Assembly (NCBI GenBank): GCA_049627345.1
Contig: JBMZXF010000005.1
Location: 2,514 to 66,513 of the forward strand
Length of the DNA stretch: 64,000 bases
Reading direction: 5' to 3'
From: Poseidonia sp.
GTDB taxonomy: Archaea > Thermoplasmatota > Poseidoniia > Poseidoniales > Poseidoniaceae
A program made the translations under genes and the position numbers. Shown here in pieces: positions 41,445-51,698 of this stretch (its first letter is position 1; every line of letters starts with the position of its first letter). The notes beneath the pieces were generated by a model. That model was not told where the DNA came from. It searched no databases and worked only from the letters and a program-made list of their open reading frames with translations.

Positions 41445-41909
41445 ATGGCCACACGACCCTTTTTCCGCAAGGCCAACAAAGCCCATGCTTCTCGCCAAGG
41501 TGTGCGTGAAGTCCTCTGTGGAAACGTCATGCAGCACGCTCATGCCCTCCTGACCAGCGACTCGATGGCTACGGTCCTCGACGTGCTGACCAAACACGAT
41601 TGGGACCACATTTTCATCGTGGATGACGAGGGGGTGCCCATGGGCCGCATTCACGCCGTCGACCTGCTCAAAATGGTGGCCAAGAAAACCGTCAACCGGG
41701 ACATTGCATGGATGCATTCCATTCCAGCACAGCAAGTGCTGAATCACCCACCCATGACCGTTCGAGCCAGCACGCCCCTCCTGAAAGCAGGCGCATTGAT
41801 GTTGACGCACGACCTCAATCAGATCGGCGTCGTGGACGACGAGGGTGCGCTCATCGGCGTGGTGGGCCACAGCACGGTGGCGAAGGTGCTGCCGAGGTTT
41901 TTGCTCTGA
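41445..41909 (+). CDS. CBS-domain pair protein
   Basis: Two CBS-like units (HIFIVDDEGVPMGRIHAVDLLK and LNQIGVVDDEGALIGVVGHSTV). Confidence 0.85.
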   Translation: MATRPFFRKANKAHASRQGVREVLCGNVMQHAHALLTSDSMATVLDVLTKHDWDHIFIVDDEGVPMGRIHAVDLLKMVAKKTVNRDIAWMHSIPAQQVLNHPPMTVRASTPLLKAGALMLTHDLNQIGVVDDEGALIGVVGHSTVAKVLPRFLL

Positions 41910-43031
41910 TCAGATGCCCCAGTAGCGGTCAGCCTGCGCTTGTCGGGTCTGCAAGGTGCGGACCACGGTGGTGACCATCCACAGCACCGCCACCCACACG
42001 ATGGGCGTGGTGAGATCGTCGAGAATCATTTGGACACTGAATTCGTAAGACGTACCGCTGAGCACTCGGATGGCAATGTCGAGGGCAGCGTTCAGGAAGG
42101 AATAGACCACCATACCGAACACGCTCAGAACGATGAGGCTCCCAGAAAAGGAACCGCGCTTCAAGCGCAACAGCATGAACCCGGCCGTGGAGGTCAGGAA
42201 CGCAATCACCGTCCATGCCAGCGAAGAGTGAATGACACTCAGCCACAACACCGACTGTGAATCGACCGTTCCTTCGGCCAGTCCGAAGGCACGCCAACCT
42301 TCAGCCACAGCGAAAATGGCACTGAACAAGGTCGCCGTCCACAACAGGGAGGAAAACATGGCTGCGTCGGCGTTCTCTCGCATCTCCTGAATGACACGGT
42401 TGACGGTTGATTCGATGCCAGCACCCTTGCTGAAGATGTACAAACCAAGGACGAGGGGTAAAGCGCCAATGACCACGCCGCCAATTTCGTTGGGCAGCAT
42501 GATGCCCAACCCAAAGATGGCCAAAACAGCGCCCAGCGGGATCATGAACCGAGAGCGCCACTTGGGGTCTTCGAGCGCCTTGACGATGTAGTAGTACGTC
42601 CCCTCGATGCCTTTGGATTGACGGACGATGACCTTCTCAACGTGGTCGATTCGAACTTGCGAGGTGATGATGGGCAGGACGCTCTCGTCCTCGGCACCGT
42701 CGGTGACCAGAATGGCCTGGTCCGGCTGGAAGGCTGAGACCACTTCGTCGAGTTGCGCAGCGATGGCTCGGTCGGAGCGGACACCGACCTTTTCGTCGCC
42801 GGTCAAAATGGCGACTTCAACTTCGTCCTCCTCGCCTTTTGATTCCACGATTTTGTCGTTTTGGGAGAGCGCCCCAAGAATCGCGTTGGTATCGCTTTCC
42901 TCGGGGTCGGCAATGCCGAGTTTGAGCGCCGCCGTGAGAACATTGCGTCGACCGACGACAGGGCCGCGAATGGACGTCTTCAACCCGAGGTCGTTGTCTC
43001 GATCAACCGTGATGACCAACGTTCTCGTCAC
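41910..43031 (-). CDS. DUF373-family archaeal membrane protein
   Basis: LVITVDRDNDLGLKTSIRGPVVGRRNVLTAALKLGIADPEESDTNAILGAL is the conserved soluble head. Six or more TM helices follow. GTG start. Confidence 0.8.
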   Translation of the reverse strand: MTRTLVITVDRDNDLGLKTSIRGPVVGRRNVLTAALKLGIADPEESDTNAILGALSQNDKIVESKGEEDEVEVAILTGDEKVGVRSDRAIAAQLDEVVSAFQPDQAILVTDGAEDESVLPIITSQVRIDHVEKVIVRQSKGIEGTYYYIVKALEDPKWRSRFMIPLGAVLAIFGLGIMLPNEIGGVVIGALPLVLGLYIFSKGAGIESTVNRVIQEMRENADAAMFSSLLWTATLFSAIFAVAEGWRAFGLAEGTVDSQSVLWLSVIHSSLAWTVIAFLTSTAGFMLLRLKRGSFSGSLIVLSVFGMVVYSFLNAALDIAIRVLSGTSYEFSVQMILDDLTTPIVWVAVLWMVTTVVRTLQTRQAQADRYWGI

Positions 43032-43110
43032 TCGTGTGCACCCCCGTTTGGTCAGCCCACCGCGCTTCTTTCATTCAAACCCTTGTGAAAAAATCCCCTT
43101 GCCATGAAGC

Positions 43111-44727
43111 TCAGGCAGGGGCGCTGACGGTGCGGAAACGCACCGAATCGATGTCGTCCTGGCCCGGGGGTGGATCTTCCCAATCAGGGTCGCCAGGAAG
43201 CACCAGTTCCGTCCCAAGGCTCACCAGTTCTGCCGAAAGATAACGCTGCTCGTTCACCAAAGCCGCCCAATCGTTTGATTCGTCTTTCCAACGGCTCCAT
43301 CGTCGCAGGTTTTGTGCTCCGACGACCAACCTGGCGTACAGCTTCAGGTGCAACCTCGCAGAGGTGGGCCACCACGCCATGAAGACCAAGAACACGCCGA
43401 TGGCGGGGAGTTTGGTGACGCTAAGCAACAACCAGTGCGAGAGAAGCACGGCATTGAGCGGGCTGGCGGAACTGAGCAAGGACCACGTGATGAAGGCGGA
43501 GGCGAGCACCCACCAAATGGGAAAGAACACGATGGCGGAAAGGACCTTCATCGAACCGATGGCAGAGGAGTCAATCTCCCGTCGTTTCATGGCGTTGCTG
43601 AACCATCCGTTGGCCTTGTAGGGGACGGCATTTCCCGCCACGGCGCTCCACGTGACCAAGCCAAACATCCACGAAAAAGCCCACAGCCACTGAAGGAAAA
43701 TTTTCACGTACGCCAGCGGCGAAAGTCGCTCGGGACGTGAATCCACGTCGTAGGGGGTGATGCCACGGTCCTCCAACTCCTCGAAGTGATTCCGGCAACG
43801 TTCAGCCAGTCGGTGAGTTTCCTCGGACCGATGCTCGGCCATGAACTCCCAACCGGCTCGTAGACGGCGGGCGGCGAGCACCGAGGCTGAGAACGAAGGT
43901 TTGGTCAACTTGTCTCCGGCCAGCCGTTGTTTTTCCGCATAGACCAAACTTCGACCTCGCCAGATGAGCGTCCGTTCAGCCCACGAGGATTTGGCGTGAT
44001 TCACACGGTGGAGTTCAGCAGCAAAGAGTTCGGTAACCTCGTTCACCCAAGCCCGGTCAAGCCGGTCCTGCGCCTCGCCGTCCTGCGCCTTCCCATTCTG
44101 CTCGAGCGAGGGTGGATCGGGGAGCACCATCGTGCGCTCGATCACGACGGCTGCACGCTCGCGGAAGCGTTCCGTCTCTGAATAGTGGAGGCCGACGGGA
44201 ATGACGTGAGGTCGTGGGAGCCCTGCAGCATCGGCTTCCCGCAGCGCCGCCAAAAGGATTCGAGCGGCTCCCGACCGAACGCGACGAACTTCCGAATCGC
44301 TGTGCGTGGAGCCTTCTGGAAAAATCAGCACGTCCTTGCCCCTCGCAAGGCCGGAAGCGAGACCTGCCAGGCGCTCAGCATTTCGTTGTCGTGCACCGTC
44401 CGGGTCGCTGGTGTCGTTGGCCCGTTCGACAGGAACAACGCCGGAGAGTTTCAACAAACGCCCCAGGAACGGCACTCGAAACAGGGTGTGCTTTGCAACG
44501 GTGGTCAACTGACCGGGGAGTACAGCGGTCATCAGCATGGGGTCGATGAGGCCACTCGGGTGCCACGTGATGTACAACCGGCCGCCCTCAGGAGGAAGAT
44601 GCTCATCGTCCACGACGTTGACTTCTCGGAACCAAACACCGGTCAAAAAGCGGTAGAATCGACGAACTAAACGATAGGAGAACGGGAGGGGACTGGCCTG
44701 GGCTCTGGACCCCTCACCTGCCTCCAT
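43111..44727 (-). CDS. PlsC/LPLAT-superfamily acyltransferase with C-terminal membrane domain
   Basis: YITWHPSGLIDP (His...Asp box), VAKHTLFRVPFLG, VLIFPEGSTHSD (FPEG box), VIPVGLHYSE. The C-terminal ~200 aa contain three or more TM helices. Confidence 0.8.
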   Translation of the reverse strand: MEAGEGSRAQASPLPFSYRLVRRFYRFLTGVWFREVNVVDDEHLPPEGGRLYITWHPSGLIDPMLMTAVLPGQLTTVAKHTLFRVPFLGRLLKLSGVVPVERANDTSDPDGARQRNAERLAGLASGLARGKDVLIFPEGSTHSDSEVRRVRSGAARILLAALREADAAGLPRPHVIPVGLHYSETERFRERAAVVIERTMVLPDPPSLEQNGKAQDGEAQDRLDRAWVNEVTELFAAELHRVNHAKSSWAERTLIWRGRSLVYAEKQRLAGDKLTKPSFSASVLAARRLRAGWEFMAEHRSEETHRLAERCRNHFEELEDRGITPYDVDSRPERLSPLAYVKIFLQWLWAFSWMFGLVTWSAVAGNAVPYKANGWFSNAMKRREIDSSAIGSMKVLSAIVFFPIWWVLASAFITWSLLSSASPLNAVLLSHWLLLSVTKLPAIGVFLVFMAWWPTSARLHLKLYARLVVGAQNLRRWSRWKDESNDWAALVNEQRYLSAELVSLGTELVLPGDPDWEDPPPGQDDIDSVRFRTVSAPA

Positions 44728-44776
44728 GACATGACCTTGGCATCATTTGATTTAGAGAACACGCCTGAAGCGAGGC

Positions 44777-46006
44777 TCAACCTTCGGAATTGGTGCCATT
44801 TTCGTCCAGGGCTGCATCGTTCCCGGATACCTCGCTGGGTGAAGGGCGTTCCGTGAGCCGTTTCCAGCGTTGCGTCGCTCGTATATACTTCAGCGGATGG
44901 TCCATCCACGATTGGTCGCAGGTGCGGTTATCACCCGGAAGCACGGGGCAGTTGTGATTCACCTTGAGTTTCCCACAACCGGCGGGCGTGTATTCGTGCT
45001 GATACACGTGCTGAACTTGGTAGGAGGTGGTGGCTTCGCTGAAATCGGGGGCCCCACGGAAGAAGTTCACACACGACTCCTGCGGCAGCGCCAGCGTGGC
45101 GGACATCGAGGCGAGGAACAAGCGCCCGAAGTGGTTGACGTTAACGCCACCAGCGAGGTCGGCGATGATCTTCTGCATGCAGGGCGGCCAATCGCTTTCC
45201 TCGGCACCGACCAGTGCAATGGCTTCGCTGGCTTTGTTGGCCATCAGGTTTCTGACCATCCCGACGGGTTCAGCCAGCCGAACGGCGAGGTCGGTGGTAA
45301 CCTCCGCCATTTTTTCAAGGGCTTCCGCCTCAATGCCAGCCTTGATTCGTTCACGCAACAACCTGGCCAATTTGGCCGATGAAGCGTATTGACGCTCGTT
45401 GTGGAGTTTGACCCAACCGTTCTCGATGTCAACGTTCGGTAGGCGCCATCGGTTGCCGGTGATCTTCGGACAGACCTCGATGAAATCCGCAAGGCCGACT
45501 CGCCATTCGTTCGACGGCGACTGGCGAAGTTGGTGCATGGACATGCCAGCCATGGCGGGGGATGCGATTGACGAACCGCTCATGGATTCCACTTGGGACA
45601 GGTAGGTGTTGGCTACGGCAGGGAGGTTGTTGGCGTCCTGAATCAACAGTTGCTCTGCTCGTGCCGCCTCAGCCTGCGCCCAGCGAGCGATGAGCCGCTC
45701 GTCTTCGCTGGCGCACATCACCAAGCGAGCGTAGTAGAACGAGAACGCCTCGATGAGGCGCCCCTCCTCGGTGTGAATGTCGCCGCCGACGACCTGAACG
45801 CCCTCCTTGGATTGCACCGAGTCGATGAGACGGATGCGTGCTCGCTGGCGAGCCTGTTCCATCCACGGCCCTTCCAGCAATTCGTTCAGGTCGATGCTGT
45901 GTCGAACAGCCATGTTTCGAATCCAATCCGAAGCCTGAGGCAGGAACGGATACCGGGCCAAGGTGACCTCATCCGCAATGGAGGGCGGAGAGGTGGGGAC
46001 GGGCAT
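44777..46006 (-). CDS. priL: DNA primase large subunit PriL
   Basis: LARYPFLPQA, SFYYARLV, DWPPCMQKII, NHFGRLFLASM, and Fe-S cysteines in YTPAGCGKLKVNHNCP...RTC. ATG at 46006 (GTG 46042 is an alternative). Confidence 0.85.
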   Translation of the reverse strand: MPVPTSPPSIADEVTLARYPFLPQASDWIRNMAVRHSIDLNELLEGPWMEQARQRARIRLIDSVQSKEGVQVVGGDIHTEEGRLIEAFSFYYARLVMCASEDERLIARWAQAEAARAEQLLIQDANNLPAVANTYLSQVESMSGSSIASPAMAGMSMHQLRQSPSNEWRVGLADFIEVCPKITGNRWRLPNVDIENGWVKLHNERQYASSAKLARLLRERIKAGIEAEALEKMAEVTTDLAVRLAEPVGMVRNLMANKASEAIALVGAEESDWPPCMQKIIADLAGGVNVNHFGRLFLASMSATLALPQESCVNFFRGAPDFSEATTSYQVQHVYQHEYTPAGCGKLKVNHNCPVLPGDNRTCDQSWMDHPLKYIRATQRWKRLTERPSPSEVSGNDAALDENGTNSEG

Positions 46007-46083
46007 GGTGGGAGGACGGGGCCACGGATTATGAAGTTCCACATTGGGTGGAGTTCTTGACCTGCAGCCGCTCCACTCGGCTC

Positions 46084-46815
46084 ATGAGGCTGGCTGCTCA
46101 CGCATCGCTGGTGGCCCTTCAGCATGAGGTGAGAGCCCATTTTGGCTGGGGATACGAGGCCGACCAGCGGAGTGCCGCCATGCTGCGAGAGGCGTGCAAC
46201 CATCATCCCCAGGCCGAGGGTTGTGGTTGGACAGCCGAGGCCCGGGAAGCCACGTTGAGCCGTCTCCACCAAACGCTCACCGAAGCCCAACACATCGTGC
46301 TCGTCGGTGCGGGTGTGCGTGAAGAGGACTTTGAACAAGCATGGGACGAAGGCACCGTTTTCGTCGCCGCTGACGGAGCGGTAGGGGCGTGCTTGGAACG
46401 CGTGGAGGTGGTGTGCGTCGTGTCCGACCTCGACGGTGAACCGCACCTGTCCAGAGCGGTCGAGAGGAACATTCCCTTGGTGGTTCACGCCCACGGAGAC
46501 AACATCGAAACATGGCAAGCTTGTCTTCAACGATGGGCTTCGTCGGGCGGCATCCCCTTGGTGCTCACCCATCAGTGCGACGAGGTCTACGAGGACGCTT
46601 ACAACGTCGGCGGGTTCACCGACGGCGACCGAGCAGCCTGCTTCCTGTTGGCCTTGGGCGTCCCCGCGGAGCGGATGTCCTTTGTCGGCTATTCAACCGA
46701 CTGTGTCGGGCCATGGTCGGGAACAACCGACCCTCAACGGAAACTCGCCAAACTTGCTTGGATGGCGCAGGTGTTGGACCTCATTGACCCGAATTGGGTC
46801 CAACGCCGACGGTGA
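46084..46815 (+). CDS. mptE: MptE-like (DUF115) 6-hydroxymethylpterin diphosphokinase family protein
   Basis: VLVGAGV...VFVAADGAVGACL...VVSDLDGE...PLVVHAHGDNIE...GGFTDGDRA. ATG at 46084 (GTG 46048 is an alternative). Confidence 0.75.
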   Translation: MRLAAHASLVALQHEVRAHFGWGYEADQRSAAMLREACNHHPQAEGCGWTAEAREATLSRLHQTLTEAQHIVLVGAGVREEDFEQAWDEGTVFVAADGAVGACLERVEVVCVVSDLDGEPHLSRAVERNIPLVVHAHGDNIETWQACLQRWASSGGIPLVLTHQCDEVYEDAYNVGGFTDGDRAACFLLALGVPAERMSFVGYSTDCVGPWSGTTDPQRKLAKLAWMAQVLDLIDPNWVQRRR

Positions 46816-46873
46816 ACACCTGACGGTGCAAGGCGAACATAAGGCTAAGAGGACCACGCCGCAACCGGTCCGC

Positions 46874-47494
46874 ATGGAGAAGGCATGGTCGTGGCAAACC
46901 GTGCTTCTGTGGGCAGCGGCTATCGTGTTGGTCAACGTGCTGTGGCTCAACGTCGCCGGCCAATCAGCGCCCAATGAAATCAATGCTGAAAACCAGTTCC
47001 AAACCTATCGCGAGGTGGACATATCACCCGTCTTTGGCTCCTCTTCACCCATTCCTGCCTCCATCGAAACCGTCTTTTCCAGTACGTCATTGGACGAAGG
47101 AAACGTCAGCTACGCCATCAAACTCGAGAACCAAACCACCGTCCACGCTTGGTCGGGTCTTCTCTCCGACGAGGCCACGGTCTGGACCGGCGAACTTGAG
47201 CCCGGAACCTACACGATTGAAACCATGGTGGACGAAGGCATCGTGGTCGAGCAACAGCTCGAACTGAAACCGCTCGCAGCGGTGCAAACGGTGGGTCACG
47301 GTGTTCTCACGGCGCTGTTGGTTCTGCTCGCTTGGGGCGAACAAGGGGTTCGTACACTGCTGGCTCGTCGTGCAGCCTCAAAGCCCACCCAGCAGGAAGA
47401 AAAGGCACCGTTCAAGCCTGCAGGTTACTCACACGAAGAGGACCCGTTGACGTGGGATGCTTCAGATTCGCCGTGGCGCGAACCCTTGCGCTGA
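46874..47494 (+). CDS. Membrane protein, function unknown
   Basis: ATG at 46874. N-terminal TM WQTVLLWAAAIVLVNVLWL, a beta-rich ectodomain, and a second TM GHGVLTALLVLLAW. The upstream part of the track ORF overlaps the MptE-like gene out of frame. Confidence 0.65.
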   Translation: MEKAWSWQTVLLWAAAIVLVNVLWLNVAGQSAPNEINAENQFQTYREVDISPVFGSSSPIPASIETVFSSTSLDEGNVSYAIKLENQTTVHAWSGLLSDEATVWTGELEPGTYTIETMVDEGIVVEQQLELKPLAAVQTVGHGVLTALLVLLAWGEQGVRTLLARRAASKPTQQEEKAPFKPAGYSHEEDPLTWDASDSPWREPLR

Positions 47495-50400
47495 TCACAA
47501 AAAGTCGGACAAGGAAAGTTGCTTGGCGCGGTCGTTGTTGAACAACGAGTCGGCACTGGACGCCAACCACTCGGCGTTTTGTCGCGTGTACAAATCCACG
47601 CCGTAGTGGTCCATGACGAACCGCATGACTTCGATGTACTTTCGAACCGCACCCTCGGAGACGGTCAGCGCTAAGTTTCCGTTGCACAAGCCGCCTTCTG
47701 TCTTGGCAACACCCATGCGGGCAAGACCTCGCCCGGTCTCCTTCTTCGGCTGGATACAACTGCCGGAAATGGGCATGCGTCGGTAGGAATGAGCGCATTT
47801 GAGGCAGCGGACTTTTTGACGGCCGTAGGCGTTGAGGTTGCCCCGAAGGTCCGGAAGGAAGTGAGACCGCACCACGCTTGAGGCCACCTGGCGAACGTTG
47901 ACACCGCGCAAACGATGGCCAAGGGCCAACTGCCCGTTCATTTTGTCAATCATCGTCTCAAGCGTCTTGTACGCTGAAAGCGCCGGTCCTTGGTCGATGG
48001 CATGGCAGTCGTGGGTGTAGCCGTATCCACGCACAGCCGCCACGCTTCCGAGCCGACGTTCAACGAAATCCATGCGGTCCTGAATGTCCTTCGGGTGGGG
48101 CTGGCTCAGGGTTGCCTCGTAGAAATCGCGCTCGTAGAACCATGCTGCGTCGACGTTGAGGGCCTCTTTGTCAACTTCCGTGGGATTCAAGCGGGTGGTC
48201 AACACGAGCGGCGCGTCCATTTGACCGCCACGGTTGGCAGGCAAAATATCACGGCTGAAGTTAAGCAGACCGTCCATCAACAGCATGATGGCGTCTTCAT
48301 CGCCGTCACAATTTCGCCGCTTGGCGGCATGGAACAGTGGGTGAGCGTAGCCGCCTGAACAGTCCGCCCAACCGATGATGCGAGACAGCACCCCGCCGCT
48401 GGTGTGGGGCGCAAGGGCACAGATGAGGTGGCCAACGAGGTCGTCGGCCTTGTCGGCGTTGTAGTAGGGTTCCATGTTGTAGAACCGAATCAGCAATTCG
48501 TCGATGTACTTGGCCGTACGAAGCAAGAAATCGGCCGCTCCTTTGGCGACGATGAAATCCTGTGGGAAGAGTTCGAGCATTTGTTCGTCGTCTTCCAATG
48601 GTGCACCGCGGTAATCGTGCGTGTAGCCCAGACCGTGCAGGGTTTTCCAGGGGACGCCAATTTCACGTGGCGTGAAGTGCGTGGTTGGCACGTCGCTCAT
48701 GTCGTACCGGACCGTGCCGTCCCTGAACACTGGCAACTCGTGTTTGGCACGGAGGATGCCTTTCTCAATGGCTTCCGGAGTTTGGTCTCGACTGTTCAGT
48801 TTCTTCACGCATTTGACCTGCGCAGGCAGGCGGTCAATCCCGAGACGGATACGGGCATCCTCCACCATCTCGTCCATGCGCACCGATTGGACCTCGCCCC
48901 TCCGGTAAGCGTTGGATTTCGTTGGGTTGGCGGTGGTTGGGCCACCGCAGGTTTCGCCGGCTTTGCTCTCCCCGTGGGCATCCAGTGCCCGATGGTGACA
49001 GCGGAGGTAAGGCGATTCTTGGCCGCAGGTTGAGCAGGTACGCCGACCGAGTTGGACGCGTATCGTTCGCTTGTCGATGGCGTTGTTGAGCAAGCGTTGG
49101 TTGCCACCGTTCAATTCGATGGGGAACAACGAGTGCGTCATCGGGTTCATGACCCGGGGCGCTGCCTTCTCGGGTCGCCCCATTCTGCAACCTACACGGA
49201 CCGGAGCGCTGTGCTCCCAGCGAAGGTCCGAGAGCGACCGAACAAGCACCATGATGCCCTCAACGGCATGCTCGTCTTCGAGACGTTGAGCGGCGAGGTA
49301 AGCGGCGGGGTCGCGAGGGCCAGGGTCGGGAACCGAGGCAGCCGCATCTCTGCCCACCTGGTCGGTTTCTGCGATGCCAAGCCCCCGCTGACGGGCACCG
49401 GTCTCGGCAGCGATTCGAATGGTGGCGCGCTCCTTTTCCAGCGCACCTTTCCGAGCCCGTTCCTCGTTCAACACCTCTTTGGCCTGACGGAGAGCGTGAA
49501 TTCGTTCGTCCGCAACGTGATGGGCGTTCTTCGTTCGCAGAGGCTTTTCCCCTTCGAAAGCGAAGCCAAGACCCTCGAGGAGGGCTTCCCATCCTGCTGT
49601 CACCACGATGTCGTCGCCTTCATGGTGGTGAGGAAGACCCAGGAGCATCAAGGCGCCTTTGACCAACCCGTGCTGGTGAAGGGCCCATCCTTCGGGAAGT
49701 TCGTTGGCCATGATCGGCGCTTGGAGTTCAACCTTTGACCCAGGGAGTTGAACGGTGTCGAGTGAAGGGAGGGTTTCGGGTTGGAGCTCATCCATCTTCT
49801 TTGGCGTCCAATTCCGAGCCCCTCCCGGCAAGCGCAAACGGCGTTCACTGGGCAAGGGGCGGGCTCCCTCCGGCGCTTCGCCATCGGCCGGTTGGGCTTC
49901 AATGATCGAGGTTTCAATCTGGGTCAACAGGGCAGGAAGCCACTCGAGTGGGAGATCCTTGAACCAGGGATTGTGGGGCGGGGGCAGGGAGGTGGCGTAC
50001 CGACGGGCAAAGCGATGCGCTTGACTCCACGTCAACTCGCATTGACGAAGGCGTTCATGCCAGTCGCATCGAACCCAAAACTGAGCGCGGCCGTCCTCTG
50101 CCTCCGAGGCAAGGAGGCCGGGCGCACCCGACGGCCAATCCGACCTGTTGTCGCCTAATACCTCAAGGAACGCATCGATGTCGTCTTCGCTCACGAGGTT
50201 GTCCAGCATGTCGCTGGCCCACCAGTCCATGGTGTAGCCTGCAGGGACGAGGCGCTTGTTGTTCTCCATGAACTCACCATAGCCGATGACCAACTCGCCG
50301 TTGTCCCACACCTGCTTGACCCGATGGCGTAGCACGGCGTACGCCGAAGGCTCGTCAATGCGCAAAAATCGTCCGTCCTCCAACACCACCCAAGGACCCT

Positions 50401-51613
50401 CGGCCTCATCGCAGGGCGTGATGGCGCAGGCCTTCCCCGGCCGTTCGATTTTCATCTGCGTCCCGATGGTGATGAAATCATCCAGCGCCAGCATGGAGGC
50501 GGTGTTGGTGGAAGCAGCCGCCAAACCCGAGGGTCGTGCGCGGCCGTAGCGGAGTCGAAAGCCGCCCGGTTGGAGCGGCCCACCGAACACCGGCCGGCCG
50601 GCAATGATGTCCTTCATGAATTTGGTAATCGGTTGAATCTGCTGACTTTTGAACGTGGCTTTGCCGGCGTCCGCCGATTCTTTTCCACGTGCTGCGAATT
50701 TCGCAATAAAGTCCCATCCGGGCACGCTCAACCGTTCGGTATGCTTCTGAATCTTCGGTGCTTTCAGGCACATACCTTCACCGATGACGAGGAGGACACC
50801 GCCTCTGATACGGGCCTCGTCGATGTTTCGGACGTTGCCATAACCAGCGCACTCGATGCGTTCGGTGGATTCACCGTTGATCATCACCGGGCACGCACGG
50901 ACGATTTCGTCAATTTCCTGGGGCGATGGTCGATACTGAAGGTTACCCCGATAGAGACCAAATTCCTCCTTCACGCGCTCGACTTCAGGGTCCGTCGGCT
51001 GATAGTGGCCGATGTTGAGTTCCCGACGAATCATGTCGGCGATGAGAACGGCCAGCGCTTGGGCGGTTCCACCTGCGGCGCGTATCGGGCCTGCGAAATG
51101 AACCGAGACGAACTGGGAGCCGTCGATGTTGTTGAGCAGACGGACCTCACTGATACCTTCCAACGGGGCCACAAGAACGGCCTCGGTCAGCACCGCAAGG
51201 CCGACACGAAGGCCAACATCAATGGATTTCTCCAAATCATATCCTGAATCTCGGAACCCGCGGGCCACCGACTGTGCGATGATGATCGAGGTGGTTTCGC
51301 GGTCGTGTTCCTCCAAGAGGCTACGAATGTCGTCGGCGACCTCGTAGCCCTCGAGGTGTTCAATGAGGAGCTTTTCCGTTCGGCCGGCCAGGTCGGAGGC
51401 TCGGGGGATTTCCACCCTGTCCTTGTGGTCAAGTCCTTGTTGACGGGCTTGTTCAGCGATGCGATACGCGTCATCCGCTCGTTCGTCGAGCCACTGGTGA
51501 TACGACGTCATTTCGCGCTCCAAACGCTCAACGTCGACGCCAATGAGGGGATTTTTTGCCCCCAAATTCACGCCCTCGTCCGCTTGGCTCATGTTCGCTC
51601 GGATGGTGTTCAT
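47495..51613 (-). CDS. polC: DNA polymerase II (PolD) large subunit DP2
   Basis: 1372 aa. Conserved HPLFHAAKRRNCDGDEDAIMLLMDGLLNFS catalytic box, GRMGRPEKA, Zn-finger cysteines (CSTCGQES...LRCHH; CLKCAHSYRRMPISGSC). Confidence 0.95.
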   Translation of the reverse strand: MNTIRANMSQADEGVNLGAKNPLIGVDVERLEREMTSYHQWLDERADDAYRIAEQARQQGLDHKDRVEIPRASDLAGRTEKLLIEHLEGYEVADDIRSLLEEHDRETTSIIIAQSVARGFRDSGYDLEKSIDVGLRVGLAVLTEAVLVAPLEGISEVRLLNNIDGSQFVSVHFAGPIRAAGGTAQALAVLIADMIRRELNIGHYQPTDPEVERVKEEFGLYRGNLQYRPSPQEIDEIVRACPVMINGESTERIECAGYGNVRNIDEARIRGGVLLVIGEGMCLKAPKIQKHTERLSVPGWDFIAKFAARGKESADAGKATFKSQQIQPITKFMKDIIAGRPVFGGPLQPGGFRLRYGRARPSGLAAASTNTASMLALDDFITIGTQMKIERPGKACAITPCDEAEGPWVVLEDGRFLRIDEPSAYAVLRHRVKQVWDNGELVIGYGEFMENNKRLVPAGYTMDWWASDMLDNLVSEDDIDAFLEVLGDNRSDWPSGAPGLLASEAEDGRAQFWVRCDWHERLRQCELTWSQAHRFARRYATSLPPPHNPWFKDLPLEWLPALLTQIETSIIEAQPADGEAPEGARPLPSERRLRLPGGARNWTPKKMDELQPETLPSLDTVQLPGSKVELQAPIMANELPEGWALHQHGLVKGALMLLGLPHHHEGDDIVVTAGWEALLEGLGFAFEGEKPLRTKNAHHVADERIHALRQAKEVLNEERARKGALEKERATIRIAAETGARQRGLGIAETDQVGRDAAASVPDPGPRDPAAYLAAQRLEDEHAVEGIMVLVRSLSDLRWEHSAPVRVGCRMGRPEKAAPRVMNPMTHSLFPIELNGGNQRLLNNAIDKRTIRVQLGRRTCSTCGQESPYLRCHHRALDAHGESKAGETCGGPTTANPTKSNAYRRGEVQSVRMDEMVEDARIRLGIDRLPAQVKCVKKLNSRDQTPEAIEKGILRAKHELPVFRDGTVRYDMSDVPTTHFTPREIGVPWKTLHGLGYTHDYRGAPLEDDEQMLELFPQDFIVAKGAADFLLRTAKYIDELLIRFYNMEPYYNADKADDLVGHLICALAPHTSGGVLSRIIGWADCSGGYAHPLFHAAKRRNCDGDEDAIMLLMDGLLNFSRDILPANRGGQMDAPLVLTTRLNPTEVDKEALNVDAAWFYERDFYEATLSQPHPKDIQDRMDFVERRLGSVAAVRGYGYTHDCHAIDQGPALSAYKTLETMIDKMNGQLALGHRLRGVNVRQVASSVVRSHFLPDLRGNLNAYGRQKVRCLKCAHSYRRMPISGSCIQPKKETGRGLARMGVAKTEGGLCNGNLALTVSEGAVRKYIEVMRFVMDHYGVDLYTRQNAEWLASSADSLFNNDRAKQLSLSDFL

Positions 51614-51698
51614 GCCGACCCTTTATCATCACCTCGGTAGCGGTGAATGGCCGTGTGAGAGAAGGAAAGTTCATGTCGTGTCCACCAAGGAGGCGACC

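Noticed and set aside
47495-51613. An intein in the unusually long (1372-aa) PolD DP2
   Set aside because: I saw no intein splice-junction signatures (Cys/Ser start block, or a terminal His-Asn followed by Cys/Ser/Thr). The extra length looks like lineage-specific linker sequence in the middle of the protein.
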